64,000 nt of DNA from Schizochytrium sp. TIO01. Lineage: Eukaryota; Protista; Bigyra: Labyrinthulomycetes. Below, piece by piece: positions 1-12,816 of the stretch; within the stretch, counting starts at the first letter, position 1, and each line of letters begins with the position of its first letter. The translations under genes and the position numbers were made by a program. The stretch lies in the NCBI GenBank assembly GCA_004764695.1, contig SMSO01000035.1, positions 4,042,040-4,106,039 on the forward strand, written 5' to 3'. Under the pieces are notes generated by a model. That model was not told the origin of the DNA, did not search any database, and saw only the letters and a program-made list of their open reading frames with translations.

Positions 1-151
1 TGTACCTTAAACACACGTTGACTTGAAGTGAAGGTGTATAAGCCTGTCTTGAATTTTTTTAATCAATGTCTCCAGGATGCAGAAAATATTAAACCATGCA
101 TTACCAAGCCAATGCATGGTATTACTTATCTCCATCCGCGCAAAGTCCATT

Positions 152-493
152 CTAGCTAGTCTTGAAGCAAGTAATATAACTCTTGCGGAAATAAAAATGC
201 CAATATGTTTTGGAGGCACAAGTGAACTGTGAGGAATAGCTTTGACCTACGATCACCATCCAGTTTGGTCCGTAGTGATAATCCAGCAGCTCCTTGAGAT
301 ACTTGGAAAGCAAGCTAGCCTCCTTTTCCTCCTTAGACCTGTCTGTGGATTTCTCAAACATGTCGAACGCCTGCTTGCACAGCTGAACGACCTTGTCCCT
401 CTGATTTGCGTCCATGTCTGAGTGCGGCTGTTCACTCAGCTGCTTCAAGCTCACGTCCTCGAGCCTGTTCATGCTTGACGTCATCCTCCTCAA
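152..493 (-). CDS. Dynein light chain type 1 family protein (LC8/DNAL4-like)
   Basis: HSDMD...LKELLDYHYGPNWMVIVGQSYSSQFT...HFYF...CFKT matches the LC8-family signature (SDM...D.KYGPTWHCIVGRNFGS). The true start may be a downstream Met. Confidence 0.85.
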   Translation of the reverse strand: MRRMTSSMNRLEDVSLKQLSEQPHSDMDANQRDKVVQLCKQAFDMFEKSTDRSKEEKEASLLSKYLKELLDYHYGPNWMVIVGQSYSSQFTCASKTYWHFYFRKSYITCFKTS

Positions 494-1297
494 ACAGTCA
501 AACTGCCGATCTCGGCCACGAGTATATCTTCTTTGCTGCCTAAGAGTCTCTGAGAAGGTGGCGCGCAGCCCAGAAGTTCTGCTGTCTTGCTGCTCCCACT
601 TGTCTTCAACCTCAATCTCACTTGCAGCGCGACCAACTCATCTCAACGCTCAGTTCTTTTTCCTCAAGAGATGATCATACCTTTACCTCTATAGTTTACC
701 ATATGGCGCCCCTAGCGTTGGTTCTTGCTGTTATTTGTGGGACACTTGCCCGTTTCACTTCCCAGTCTGGTAGTGTGTGCACCATTTGAGGCGTTTCAAG
801 GTAGACATACGTACCTCAAAAGGTTCATGAAGGCTCAAAGTGCGGAGAGAAGCAGGGCTTACGGCAGGGCAGTGATTGTGCGAATGCTAGCGAAATGCGA
901 AACGGTTGGTCAGAGTATTAGCGGTTTATGACACGTTTTAGTTGGGGATGTTTTTCTATTTTGCTCATGGTTAACTAATGGCTTGGTAGCATGTCTTGCT
1001 GTCTGCTCACATGTTGTTGGGCAAGTACTATAGGCTCATGTTCATAGATAGACTCCTGTATTAGTAAGCAGAAGGTTTGCAAGGCTGCTTGATAGTTGTC
1101 AATCAAAGGGAGTGCAGTGCACGACTAGTTTCTCGCGATAAAGTGGCGATCCTCGTTCGCGAGGATTTCGGAACTCGGACGCACCAGTTCGCTGCCGACT
1201 GAGCTGTGCAGGTTACGATAAGTGCGCATCAGCATAGTGAGCAGGCCAAAACCTTGCCTGGATCAGGACCGACGCTAAGGCTTTGTTCTAGAGAGCA

Positions 1298-4200
1298 ATG
1301 GAGCAGGTTGACTTGCTGGGCGCTGGTGTACAGCTGTGGAATAAGAATGTCTTGGCTTGCCGTAGTTCTGGGCCATGTGCACCTGCTCCAGCATCTGCTG
1401 GACTATCGTCAAGAAACTCAAAAAGCCCAGGATCACCATTTAGTAAACCAGGAGAGTCTGGTTCAGGGTCAAACACCCAAGCAGACTCAGAGGAAGATGA
1501 CATTCTTGTGGCGTACTGCAGTTCACTTGCCGTTTTCGTGTATGATGTACGTGCACGAAACGTTCGAGCACTCCTCGCAGGATACGAGGGAATGATATCA
1601 ACGCTAGCGTGGAGCTTGTATGACATGAGTCTCCTCGCGACAGGTTCGGAAGACGGACGAATGGTAATTTGGGATGTTTTTACAGAGCAACGTGTGGCAG
1701 CGGTCACAGTTCGCCAGGCTCCGGTCTGCATGGGCTGGTTTCCAGTTCACAATAAAGCACATGCCAAAAGTATGACAATGGGAGAACGCATGATTGCTGT
1801 TGCGACAGTTCGTGGTAGTGTCATACTATGGGATGCTCTTAAATCGACACATCGAATGCTTGTGCAAAGGGATGTACCAAAAAAATCAGTCACCACAGAT
1901 GAAGTTCGGAAATGGAAAGACAAACACCGGCCTACGGTCTTGAGGTGTAATACGCACCCAGTGTCTGGTGAAATTGCTATTGGCTATAAAGATGGTCATA
2001 TTGAGTTAGTTTCGGTACAGAAAGATGAGCAAACTCCAATGGCTTTCTACTACAATGGTAGTGACGCTGGCCAATCCACGATCCCGAAGAAGCCATGCAC
2101 GGGTCGAGTCATGGATGTTCAATGGGACCCATTCTCTCCTAATTACCTTCTTGCCGCATATGCTGACTGCGATGAAATTGTGCTCTGGGACTGTTTAGGC
2201 GCTGTTCCTCGCGTTGTCCAAAAGTTCCCCTTAGAAGCTCGGACGCGTGGCATCACTGGGCTAGCTTGGCAGAGCTGGGCCCCTGGCAACTTTATGTCCG
2301 TGTCTGAAAAGGGGTCTGGTCTTGTTCATGTGTGGAATGTCTCCCAGAAGACACCAATTAATACCATGCGAATTTCTTCTTCAGGCTCGGCCGGAGTGGC
2401 AATGTGCACCTGGGGGTCTTTGTGCTTTGTTGGCCTAGAAAGTGGTGCAATGGTAACATATGATGCACAGAAAAACTTAGAGCTGCTCACAACACGTCCT
2501 TCACATCGAGAAACCGTTTTTGACGTTCGGTTTCGCCCTACAAACTCAGAGACAGGTATGACTACGTCAGCTGAAGGCGACCGTGAATTTGCTACTTGTA
2601 GCTTTGATGGACGTGTAATGGTTTATGGTGCACGTGACATGGAGTGCCGTCGTACACTTAAACACCAGGACAAGCCGATTATCTATAGTGTCTCCTTGGT
2701 CACCCCCTCCGCGCAAATGGATAGCTTCTTGCACTTACACTGGCATTCTGTCTGTGTGGGATGTAGAGCCTCGGAATGCTAAACTCCTGAGCAGCGTTAA
2801 ACTGCACAAAGGGCCAATATATCGAGTTGATTGGAACAAAAAGGATCCAACGCTCCTGGCTACGTCAAGTGCAGACTGGAATGCAGTTGTGAGTAAAGTC
2901 AACCTTGAAGATGGAAGCCTTAAAGTACTTCATCGCTTGGAGCACCCAACGAAAACGTTTGGTTCAGCGTGGGATCCTTTCTATAGTGAAGAGACCCCAT
3001 ATCTTGCAGTTGGGTGCGGGAATGGCAATGTTTACGTATGGAACTCCATAACTGGTAAACTTGCCTTCAAGCTATCCAAGCATGACGCAAAGATCTTCAA
3101 TGTAACTTGGAGCCCCTTGCGTCGGGGTATTCTTGCAAGTGGCTCTGACGACAGAACCATTATTGTTTGGAAACTTCCTGTAGCAGCTGAAAAGGGCAAA
3201 CAAGTTGTTGTGGAGCCTCAGTTACGCCTTCAAGGACACACTTTGAATGTCAGAGCGTTGTTGTGGAGTCCAGAAATGCCAGAATTGTTGATTAGTGGTT
3301 CTTGGGATGGCACGATTCGATTGTGGGACACAGAAAAAGGCACCTGCGTGGATGTTATTTATGATCACCATGCTGATGTATACGGCTTGGATGCCGATCC
3401 GCAACGCCCATTCACAGTTTTGAGCTCATCACGGGATACGACGATTCGTGTATGGGATGTTGTAGCACCTGCGCGAATTATTCAGGCAAAATTGGAGCTA
3501 ATTTGCGAAATTCTTTTTGAAGGTGGTCTTCAAGCTCGAGCAAGTAATGCGGCAGAGCAAGTTCTGCGTGGGAAAACTGGACAAAGGCTTATCTCGCGTA
3601 TCCGTGAAGCTACTTTTGCGAACAATGAGATGGACACAGAAAATAAGCTTGATTTACTTTGTGAGTTGTTTTTATTCTTCGGTGAAAGACCTGGTATGCA
3701 TGACATGTTTGCATTACTTGCTGGAAGAACAAACACTCGTTTGATCCATTCGGCCGATCAAGTTTTGATTCGACATGATGAACAAATTCCTTCAGATGAG
3801 AGGCCGCGCGCTGTAGCGTTGATTAAAAGTGGAAGACTTCGCAGCGCTTGCGAAGCGCTACGAAGAGGTGGAGAATGGGAGAGAGCACTGGCTCTAGCCC
3901 CTGCGGTCTCTACGGAATACTGGCAGTCTTTGATGAGTGAGTACAGTCGAATGCTTGCATCGAACCACTCTACAGATGCATCCGCATTTCTAATCGCTTC
4001 AGGACATTGTGATGAGGCAATTCAATTTCATAAAAACCGCCGAGAGATGAGTGATGCAATGGTAATTGCGCAAGCTGGTATCGAGCAAAGCTTAAGGGGA
4101 AAATACACCAACAGCACTTCTTCAAAGTTGGGAGAAGAAAACGGTGGCACACAAAAGACTTTGCAGGTGTCGCAGACGCAAGAGTTAGAACTTGCTCAAA

Positions 4201-5567
4201 ATCGACGTAATAAACTGGCACGAGAACAATGCAATATGTTTTTAGAATCTGGACGTCCAGTACTGGCTGCATGCGCACTCCTAGCCGTAGAAGAAAAACA
4301 TGGCGCTATTGAAGCATTGATGTTGGCAGGGCAACCCGAGCTTGCACTATGTATTGCTCATGTATGCATGCCTCAGCAAAACCAAGAAGTTATCATCAAG
4401 ATATTAGCCAATAAGTGTGAGCGCTACGGAGCTACAGAGCTAGCTTTGCAGCTTTACCGAAAAACAAGCTCACCAATGCTAGAGGCTCATCTTATGTGCG
4501 CTAGAATTAACTTCCCCAAGCCTGTACGCCAGCGTCTTGGTTTAAGGCAGCCTGATCAGTATCTTCAGCAAGCGTATGAAGCTCTTGAAAGACACGAAAA
4601 AGGTAAAAAAACGGATTTTTGCCAGCTTCTTGAACTCCTATGCGCTACTGCTGAGATCTCTGCGCAATCTAAAGCAGTGAGTATAGGAACTAAGGAAGTC
4701 AACCGCTTGTTGAAAAAACCTTCATGGGATTTTGAGCGAATGCGTAAAATTCTTAGTATTCTGCATGCTGTTGACATGGAAGCAACAATTTCACCCGAGC
4801 ACCAACTTGACCGTAATTTATTGCTTGCCCAATGTTGCTTTGTTGGCGCCCTCGATGCAATTTGGAAAAAACTTGATCCGATAGTGCTGCCTATGTTTAG
4901 AGCATTACGAGCAAATTTGCGTGAGCACCCAGATCTGCAGTTTCCTGTGCATTTAGAGACAATTGTAGCCAAAGAGATTCGTTTTATGCTTTATTTGGCA
5001 AGAAACAAGAATAGAAGAGATGATGCAAAGGCGATACTGCAATGCGCAAACGGCCTCGCCAGCAAAACACTAGAAGACAATGCAGACACTCCAGTTGATT
5101 CTAATGCTCGCGAAGACCTAACAAGGGTCTCTGAGCGTATCGTTGCTGACCTGCAAGCTCTGGAAGAGCAAGGCTCTTTCCAAAACAGTCAGACACAAAG
5201 TAGGAATGCCAGGAAGCCAAAGGTTTACTGGTCTGAAGCCCTTGAGCTAAACAGCGTTGAATTGTATGCACGGGGTCTCCCGAATGGAAACACTCGAAGC
5301 GGACGTCGGTCTATGTTTGATGAAAAGATCATTCGTGGCCCTTGCATCAGCGTTCCTGGTGGAGGGGGGCAGCGGTTTATCTCTTTACCTCACGCTTTAA
5401 TGTGGGCGCAAGTAAATGGGTTTTCTCCTTTAAATACAGGTGCACGGTTATTCCCGTCGCGATATCATGTCCCACAGCCCATACCTTCGACTGAGAAAAC
5501 ATCTCCTAAAGCTGCTGCAGCTGCTCCACAAAGTACCTATTTGGTATCCCAAATCACGGAAAGATAA
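1298..5567 (+). CDS. WDR17: WD repeat-containing protein 17 (WDR17), interrupted by a +1 frameshift at ~2696
   Basis: ORFs 1298-2782 and 2625-5567 join as ...KPIIYSVS/WSPPPRKWIASC if one T is removed from TCC-T-TGG (2696/2697). Many WD40 repeats (LASGSDDRTIIVW, LISGSWDGTIRLWD). C-terminus ISLPHALMWAQVNGFSPLNTGARLFP resembles the WDR17 C-terminal motif. Confidence 0.88.
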
Positions 5568-6025
5568 CAGATTTAGTCCCTTTCGACCATATGTTTGAAC
5601 AAAGCGACCTCTGACTATTTAGTTCATAGTAACTTGCTGATATGTCCTTGTGAGAGATTCTAAAGGTAAATTATGAAGCATTTCACCTGCTATTGCAGCT
5701 CTGTAAGGTCGGCACACTGAAGCGAAAGTATTCATGTCTTGAACACTCAGCAAGAAAAGTTTACCATAAATTTGGAGAGTATCAAGAAATTCATAATTTT
5801 GCATAATGGTTATCCGATAACCTCCCAAGCTAAAATGTGAAACATACTGCACAGTTGCTCAAATCCTTAACCTACCAGAGCGCCCCCTGCAAGCAGGATA
5901 TCTTTAAAAGGGTCTAATGCAAAAGTAAAAGTGGTCTAATCGTGACATGCTTTTTGGAGTCGCCAATATCTCACTATACCATCCATGACCTGACCGATGA
6001 GTATTGAAACCAGAAAGCTGCTTCG

Positions 6026-7730
6026 ATGATGCGCTCAAGGATGTCAAGTAGAAACGCTGGGAATAGAAACTACTCCTTTAGCTATAATAAATCTACAGCT
6101 GTATTTGTTTTTGCCTTGTTCGCGTTTATCTTCACTTGGCTGTCATGGTCCTGGACACCGCGGCGGTCAGGCGACATAAATACTGCTTCTGTATTCTCAG
6201 AGCTGAAGACTGCTGGAGGACAGCACATTGAGCACTCATTCAAGAGAGAAAGAAGCCAAGAGAGCTCCACAAACCTTCAAAGGGGGAACGCACAGCAGTT
6301 CGAGGAGCCGCGTCATGTAGTTTTCATCATTGCAGATGATTGGCGCGGTGTGCCAGTGCCGGGAGTCAAAATGCCACGCGTTGATGAACTACGTGCTCGT
6401 GGTGTATCCTTTGAGGCCGCTTACACACCATACCCACTATGTAATCCATCACGAGCTTCGATTCTTTCCGGACGCAGCCCCATGAGTACAGGTATATTTG
6501 ACTTGGACTCACGTGTTGATCAGAATGGGCTTAATGGTGTTCCATCACTTCCTGCGTTTTTAAAACGCCATGGGTATCGAACAATATCATCAGGGAAGGT
6601 GTATCACGGGGAGACCGACGCAAATGTGTGGAATGAAGTTGCCTCACCTTCTATAGTTCGACCTTTTGCTGATAGTCTCTGTTCACGAGGCTCGTATCAT
6701 CGAGGAGAGAGTGCACCAGTCCGCCTGCCAGGACCGGATGGCAAAGTTGAAGCAATTTTGGAGGATATCATGTGCAAAGTATTTGATGTAAATCGAACTC
6801 ACGATATGCAAATTGCATATGCAGCTGTTCGCGCTCTACGAGAGCATACAACGAAGTACCAGAACATCCCTTGTTTTCTTGCGGTCGGTTTCGTGAGTAC
6901 TCACTTACCATGGAAAACCGCAAGACCTTATTGGGAAGAGACTACAGGACCTAGATTTGACCTTGATGTTCCAAGGGCTTGGCAAACTCCAGATCCAGAG
7001 GATGACAAGCTTGCATTTGAGACTAGTCGTGTAAGAGGGAAAGATTTCACTTTTCGTAATGTTGCCGATGCAAAACGCCAAGCGTTCCGGTTCGGGTACA
7101 GAGCTGCAATTGCGCAGCTTGATGCAGCCATCGGGATAATTATCGATGCTGTACAAGACCTAGGTATTGCTGATCATACGTTGATTGTTGTAACTGCAGA
7201 TCATGGCTTTGCTTTAGGCGAAGATGGACACTATGGAAAACGTAGTTTGAACGAGATAAGCACACGTGTACCCTTGGTGGTTCGGAGTCCGTGGGCTGGA
7301 AGCGGAGCCCCTTGGACTACAACTCCTGGAACTACCTTACAAAGATGCGGTTTCCACGCTAGGTCTCTACAAAAGTATCGCAGATATCACTGGTTTAGGG
7401 GGCGAGGTACCAAATGGTATTGAAGGTGAAGTATGGTGGGAAAGTAAGCATGCAACCTCGCAAGTTGTACGCTGCATAGAAGCTATCTGTCCGAATGATT
7501 TGTCACCTCTTTCAGAACACGTTCAAGAGCTTGGTATAAGCCTTCGCTCATATTCTTCACAGCGCTGGGTTCGATGGGTTCCAATAGAGGCCTCTGCTGC
7601 GTCGATAACCTCCATCGATTGTAAAAACTCTCGTACAGAAGCATTTAGAATTTTTGCAAATGGTCAACAGAAGCACACCAGTACTTCCTCCCTTGCTGAT
7701 TGGGCTTGTATACTGAGAAAAGGTCAGTAA
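6026..7730 (+). CDS. Formylglycine-dependent sulfatase (iduronate-2-/choline-sulfatase-like) with N-terminal membrane anchor; +1 frameshift at ~7337
   Basis: VVFIIADD, CNPSRASILSGR (CxPSR), GKVYH, TADHG...GKRSL..STRVPLVVRSP. Continues in the 7266-7730 frame (YKDAVSTLGLYKSIADITGL) after ACC-T-TAC. Hydrophobic segment near the N-terminus. Confidence 0.85.
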
Positions 7731-8133
7731 GACTCTTGCAGGAACACTTTCTAGTTGTACTATAAAAATAGATTGTGTCTCTTTATGGTTTGTTTATTTG
7801 ATGGAAAGAGAAAAGCTAATTTACAAGTATTTAATAACCTCTCTGATTGGAGTCCTGCAAGAGATGTAGCTTCAGTCTTTTATTTCTTGTTTCTCCCACC
7901 TACATGACGACATGCATGCAACCGATCAAGTGTCTGCTAGCGAGAGGGAAGTTGGTGAGGTGAAAAAGGATATATCCATAGGATGGGCTCACATAACTTA
8001 ATTTGTTTATTTGGGTTTAATTTTGAAGGACAAAAATGGCAACCTACGAAGGAGGGCAAGAAATCGAGAGGTCTTGATAACAAGATCTGTTGTTCTGACA
8101 TGTGCTCATAATTGCATCTGATAAGGCAAAATG

Positions 8134-9735
8134 TTATGGTGTCATAGGGTAGCTACCATTAAGAGAAAGCACACTGCGATCACGCGGCATGGAGCGCTGC
8201 TCTGCTGATGATGTGATACTGGCCCCGCCATCAGTGTCCTCATCCGATGCAGTAAATTCTACTAAATCAGACGCGTAACCACCACGGCGAGGGAGAAAGC
8301 GATCAAGTAATTTGACAACAAGGGGTGAAAGGCAGTTAGGTTGGTTCTCATAAGACCACATGACAGCGGCCATAGCGCTGCAAAAGAGCAGAACCTCTCC
8401 TTGAGGCACGCGGAATGCGAGCTGGTGATCGTAAAGGATCATATATAGGCTATCCACAGCGCGAGGGAAAGCATAGAGAGCTAGCTCTGAGCGGCGACTC
8501 TTGCGCTCGATGAGAATTGCCATAGAGCTGATAACGCCGGCCAAGTAGTACCAAAGTTTATGATCTTTGATCTTGCGGGGCTCAATGAGCGCGCGTTGAA
8601 GGCAGATGACGCCCATATAGCTGCTACAGAATACCGACAAGAACGCCGTGGACTGCAAGGCGCTTTGAATGCTGCGAACCACAACGCCGCCTGGTCCCCG
8701 AACAAAGTTTGAGAATCGCAATACGATAGAAGGGATAAGTGCGAGTGTGAGATAGACGGGGAAGATGCGTTTTGAGGTCCCAATGAAGGCTGTAAGCGTT
8801 TGTTTAATGGGAGAGCTTGTTTGTGGGTGTAGCGCCCTAGACGGAATAAGTCTGGGCATATCTGAGGTTAAGAATTTTTGAGTGGCTGCAAGCGCTTCGT
8901 CGCCTCCTTTCGCTTTGACGTACTCGAGCACTTGCGGCAGGTTGATGGCTTTTCCTCTGCAATTATCGCGTACCGCTTGTAAGATGACCTCATCAATGGG
9001 GCCTTGGCGCACGATAAACTTGTAGTAGCTGTTTGGCAGCGTCTCTGGCCTCATCACGTACGCATACATTACCTGCGCCGACGAGATGATGAAGAGCAAT
9101 GCATCTCCATGAGCCCAGTCGCTACCCCAAAAGTGCCAGTACCCCTTGAGTTTCGCAAAGTTATACGCCAATTGTGCCATCCGAGCCGACATATACAGCG
9201 CCAATGTTCTATGCCAGGATTTGTCCATGAAGCATAGCGACACCCCAGCCAGGAATCCTGCGATCGCGCTCCTCCATTGCGCCGCGACGCGCTCCTTAAA
9301 ATAGTGCGCAAGTCCATGCGTCACGGCTCTGTACGTGCCAGAAAAGCATCCCAGAAACAGTCCCATGCGCACTGCCTCCACGCGGAACTTGAGGCTTCCT
9401 TCTCCAAGAAACTTGTCCAGCGACTTCAGCTCACCGGGTCTCTGTGCCAGAGCCCTCGCAAACCTCAGCAGCAGTGCTACTCCCGCACGGATGTTGTACG
9501 CGAGCAGAAAGTTCGTCAGGCCTGTCTTCAGCGCCTTACTCTCCACGAGACATACATGCGCCGCCTCAATAACTCGAGCCACTAATGCTGATTGTGCTGC
9601 GCTTCGACGCCCTTCAGACCTGCCGTGCTTGGGTCCAACTTCGCCGCGAGGGCCACTCGAGCTGGATTGGCCAACAGCAGGACCAGACGCCCGCGTTTGC
9701 TGGGCAGACTTGGGAGACGCTTGCGGAGGAGCCAT
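8134..9735 (-). CDS. TMEM135/PMP52-like multi-pass membrane protein
   Basis: Motifs ALLFIISSAQVMYAYVMRPETLPNSYYKFI, QSTAFLSVF, AILIERKSRRSELALYAFPRAVDS typical of the TMEM135 family. First ATG at 9735. Confidence 0.85.
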   Translation of the reverse strand: MAPPQASPKSAQQTRASGPAVGQSSSSGPRGEVGPKHGRSEGRRSAAQSALVARVIEAAHVCLVESKALKTGLTNFLLAYNIRAGVALLLRFARALAQRPGELKSLDKFLGEGSLKFRVEAVRMGLFLGCFSGTYRAVTHGLAHYFKERVAAQWRSAIAGFLAGVSLCFMDKSWHRTLALYMSARMAQLAYNFAKLKGYWHFWGSDWAHGDALLFIISSAQVMYAYVMRPETLPNSYYKFIVRQGPIDEVILQAVRDNCRGKAINLPQVLEYVKAKGGDEALAATQKFLTSDMPRLIPSRALHPQTSSPIKQTLTAFIGTSKRIFPVYLTLALIPSIVLRFSNFVRGPGGVVVRSIQSALQSTAFLSVFCSSYMGVICLQRALIEPRKIKDHKLWYYLAGVISSMAILIERKSRRSELALYAFPRAVDSLYMILYDHQLAFRVPQGEVLLFCSAMAAVMWSYENQPNCLSPLVVKLLDRFLPRRGGYASDLVEFTASDEDTDGGASITSSAEQRSMPRDRSVLSLNGSYPMTP

Positions 9736-10462
9736 CGCGGATTGCGTCTTCAGGTCCAGGCGCAGGCTAGCAAAGTTCTTGGGCGGAGCGCAAGTGGGCT
9801 GCGAGCAGCAATCGGGAACTGCTGCGCGAACGGGAGGAATTGCGAGCACTGCATTTGTCGATTGATTTCTATTCCCTTCCTTTCTTATGACGTAGGTACT
9901 GCTACCGTTACTGCTATGTGACCACTAGTAAGCAGGTAGGTACATACAGATCGACGACAGCTTGCATCTCCGGTCGCCGCAAACCTTTCGCTCAAGGATC
10001 TCCACCGGGTCCCTGCCTGCCTCGGCACCTGCCTGCGTGCCTTCCTTCGATCCTGCCTTCTCGTCCGGCGTCGGTTCGCGCGATCCCATGCCTCGCGAAC
10101 CTCAACCGATTGCAGAATTTGGAGGCATTTATCTGCTGCGCCATAGCAACACAAAACAAAGGCGGCGATTCTTGAGTTTTCCTGCACCGTTATGCAAAAC
10201 GACCACACCGGCTGACCAGAGTTCACGCGAAGGCCTTCGACCTCCTCGGGAAGTCGTGGAGAGCTCCAAGCGCCCCAACCTCGAGGCGGATCGCGCTCGA
10301 GCACCGCCAAAGAACTCACTCCAAAGGAAGAGTTGAAATGGACTCAACTCATTGAAAGCCATCGCCTCAAGAGCGGAAGGGGCCCTAGCTCTTCTAGGCT
10401 ACTCTTACCCACGGCGGGTTCCTATCCACGGCCTAGGCACTACTAGCGCGGCACTTGTCTTT

Positions 10463-10517
10463 CATTTGGGTTCTTGCATTTGGGTTCTTGCATTTGGGTT
10501 CTTGCATTTGGGGTTCT
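10463..10517. repeat. 14-bp tandem repeat (CATTTGGGTTCTTG) x~4
   Basis: Three exact copies plus one degenerate copy, read directly. Confidence 0.9.
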
Positions 10518-10899
10518 GTGCAAGACAGGGATCGCTCGCGATGGGCTAGTTCTTCGTTGACCCGCGGTTCCCATTGGCACTGAGCTCGCTCAGGCTGCTC
10601 GCGCTGGGGTGCACGAAGGTGCTTGCAGCCGCTCAGCAGAGATTACTTGGGAAATACCCGAATGCGACAGGGCTGGGATTGGTGGTGTCGATTCACGGGT
10701 ACCTCCACAAACTAAGAGAGCTCGCGAGATCGAGGATGCAGACGTTCTTGTACTCTTGGCTGAGGACCTACCTACCTGTCCATGAAACTGGTAAACGAAT
10801 TGGCCTCGTCATAGAGGCCTATGTAAGGATAAGGGAGGCCATATTCGTAGAAACTGGAGCAAATCTCAGCCTGCACTATGTATAGGCTTCTCACCAAGA

Positions 10900-11745
10900 C
10901 AAGGCGACGAAGAAGAAGATGGTGATGATGATAATGATGATGGTCCCACAAGACGCCGGGGTGGGAGTCGAAAAGATCCTTCTGCTCAGATTGTGTTTGG
11001 CGGTGACCTGCGGCCGATGACGGAGGAAAGGATCACCTTCTCGAGGTCAGATTGTGCGAATAAGCTAACGCTGGGCAGTGACGGAACTATGGTGACTGGA
11101 CACAAAGGACTTAGGTCATGCCGTGCGAATTATGGCGTCATGAGCGGCCACTGGTTTTGCGAAATGCGCGTGAAAAAGATGGCAGTATCTGAGGATGTGA
11201 AGATTGCTGGACATGTGCGACTTGGCTGGATGCAGTACACATCGCCGATTGAGGCATCGGTGGGATTCCATAAGAGTGGGTATGGATACCGCGATGTGGA
11301 TGGCTCAAAAGTGAATGAAGCCTACGCGAGCCGTATGGAAAGTCAGGTTTTGGCAAGGGTGATGTAATTGGAATGGAGATTAAGGTTGACGACCAAGATT
11401 CGTTCGTTCATTCGATTTTATAAAAATGGAGAGAACCACAGTATCACCTTTCAAGGCATGGCGAGTGATAAGGTAGGGTTCTTCGCAACAGCCTCATTCT
11501 ATTAGACGTCGTGTGTGAAGTTTAACCCTGGTCCAGCGTTTTCATTTTCGCTACCTACAGGAAGTCAACCCTTGAGCGAGCTTGCTGCAGTTCGCCAGCA
11601 AGCGGGTTCAGAAGCGGCGGCAGCGGCTGCTGCTGTGGCTGCGGACAGAGAAGGTAAATCAGCAGCTGCAACAGCAGCTTTAACATTAGCAGTTGAAGCA
11701 GTCGAAAAAGATGAAGAGGCAGCGGCGGGAGAGGACTCAAACTGA
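10900..11745 (+). pseudogene. ASH2L/Bre2/TRAUCO-like SPRY-domain pseudogene (COMPASS subunit)
   Basis: GHKGLRSCRANYGVMSGHWFCEM...GHVRLGW...ASVGFHKSGYGYRDVDGSKV, then -1 nt at ~11323 (A[L]REPYGKSGFGKGDVIG), a 4-bp TCGT duplication at 11400-11407 (FIRFYKNG), an in-frame TAG at 11503-11505, then VKFNPGPAF. No clear start codon. Confidence 0.75.
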
Positions 11746-11797
11746 AGATTAGCAAGAGAAAGTCTATTCCGTGTATTAAAAAACAACGATCGATCGA

Positions 11798-12309
11798 TTG
11801 ATTGATGAGTCGGATATACTGATCGAGACAGTTGATGGACCGCATTGGTATTTGGATCTAAACGAATACTATATTAAAAAAAACAAAAAAAACAAGAAAT
11901 ACGACACGGAAAATCGCGATAAATGGCGTCGATTTATAGCGCGGAGAATATCTCTAGAGACGACGGAGATAACTTTAACACTTATCTATCGATGTACTAT
12001 ATTGGTGGTACATACTTTGGTCCTTATGAACTTTACAAGAGGAGGAACACTTTTAATACTATTTTGACGAATAGTATCCATAAAGACTCCTTTGGAAAAT
12101 ATTCAATCTCTTCGATGGTCCTCAATGGAAGTGACCCAGCTTATAATGAATCATTCTTAGAGCTAATGAAATTAGTCTCCGAGGGTTGGGAAAAATGTAA
12201 AATCAACATCGATGAACAATTAATGCAAAGTGTTTTAAGCTTTACACACAAAGACATGTATGTTCTTTTGACAAAGACTGATCTTGATGGGATGAATTAT
12301 GGTTACTAG
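11798..12309 (+). pseudogene. AT-rich orphan ORF remnant (5'-truncated, frameshifted)
   Basis: ORFs 11798-12067 and 11923-12309 merge as ...RDKWRRFIA/ENISRDDGDNFNTY... if a CG duplication at 11939-11943 is removed. No ATG start. Tyr/Asn/Lys-rich with A/T-ending codons. Confidence 0.5.
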
Positions 12310-12336
12310 ATCACACACAAGCCTAAACATCAAAGG

Positions 12337-12816
12337 TTACTTTCGATTCACAAACACATATGGTGCAAAAACAGCATAAATTTCCATCATGCGATCGAAT
12401 GTAATCAATTTATCCTTGTCATCGCGAGCTCTGGGATAGCCTTGTATTTGTTCCTTTTCGTTGATGGTTTTAAAAGATTCACGATAACTCATCATCCTTT
12501 TGTACATATCTTTATCTTTAACATTGGCTTGAGGAGTTCCTTTAATGTTAGACCCTCTCAGTAAAGCCATGAAATCAGGACCCAGTCCAAAGGGCTTGGG
12601 CTTCTTTATTCGTTCAAACTCGCATAAAAATTGAATGTCTGCGCTTAGTTCGTCTTCTTGACCCCCGTATATCTCAAGCAGCCTCTCTCGGGGTTCATTG
12701 TTGATAAATTCTAGAAGAAGATTTACAAACCTCTGGTACATTCTACTTGAAACCAGAATGCCGAACTCTTCGGCACGACGTCTATCTTCTAGTGTTTTCG
12801 ATAGTGATTCGAACAT
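12337..12816 (-). CDS. AT-rich orphan protein (159 aa), probably the 3' remnant of a longer degraded ORF
   Basis: Open frame with globular-looking composition. Coding-like sequence continues upstream through an in-frame TAG (DLVQFVMFHV*KKEIMFESL) towards ~12960. Confidence 0.5.
   Translation of the reverse strand: MFESLSKTLEDRRRAEEFGILVSSRMYQRFVNLLLEFINNEPRERLLEIYGGQEDELSADIQFLCEFERIKKPKPFGLGPDFMALLRGSNIKGTPQANVKDKDMYKRMMSYRESFKTINEKEQIQGYPRARDDKDKLITFDRMMEIYAVFAPYVFVNRK

Noticed and set aside
9885-10885. Several 60-145 aa ORFs upstream of TMEM135
   Set aside because: Overlapping GC-rich promoter/UTR frames with no domain signal.
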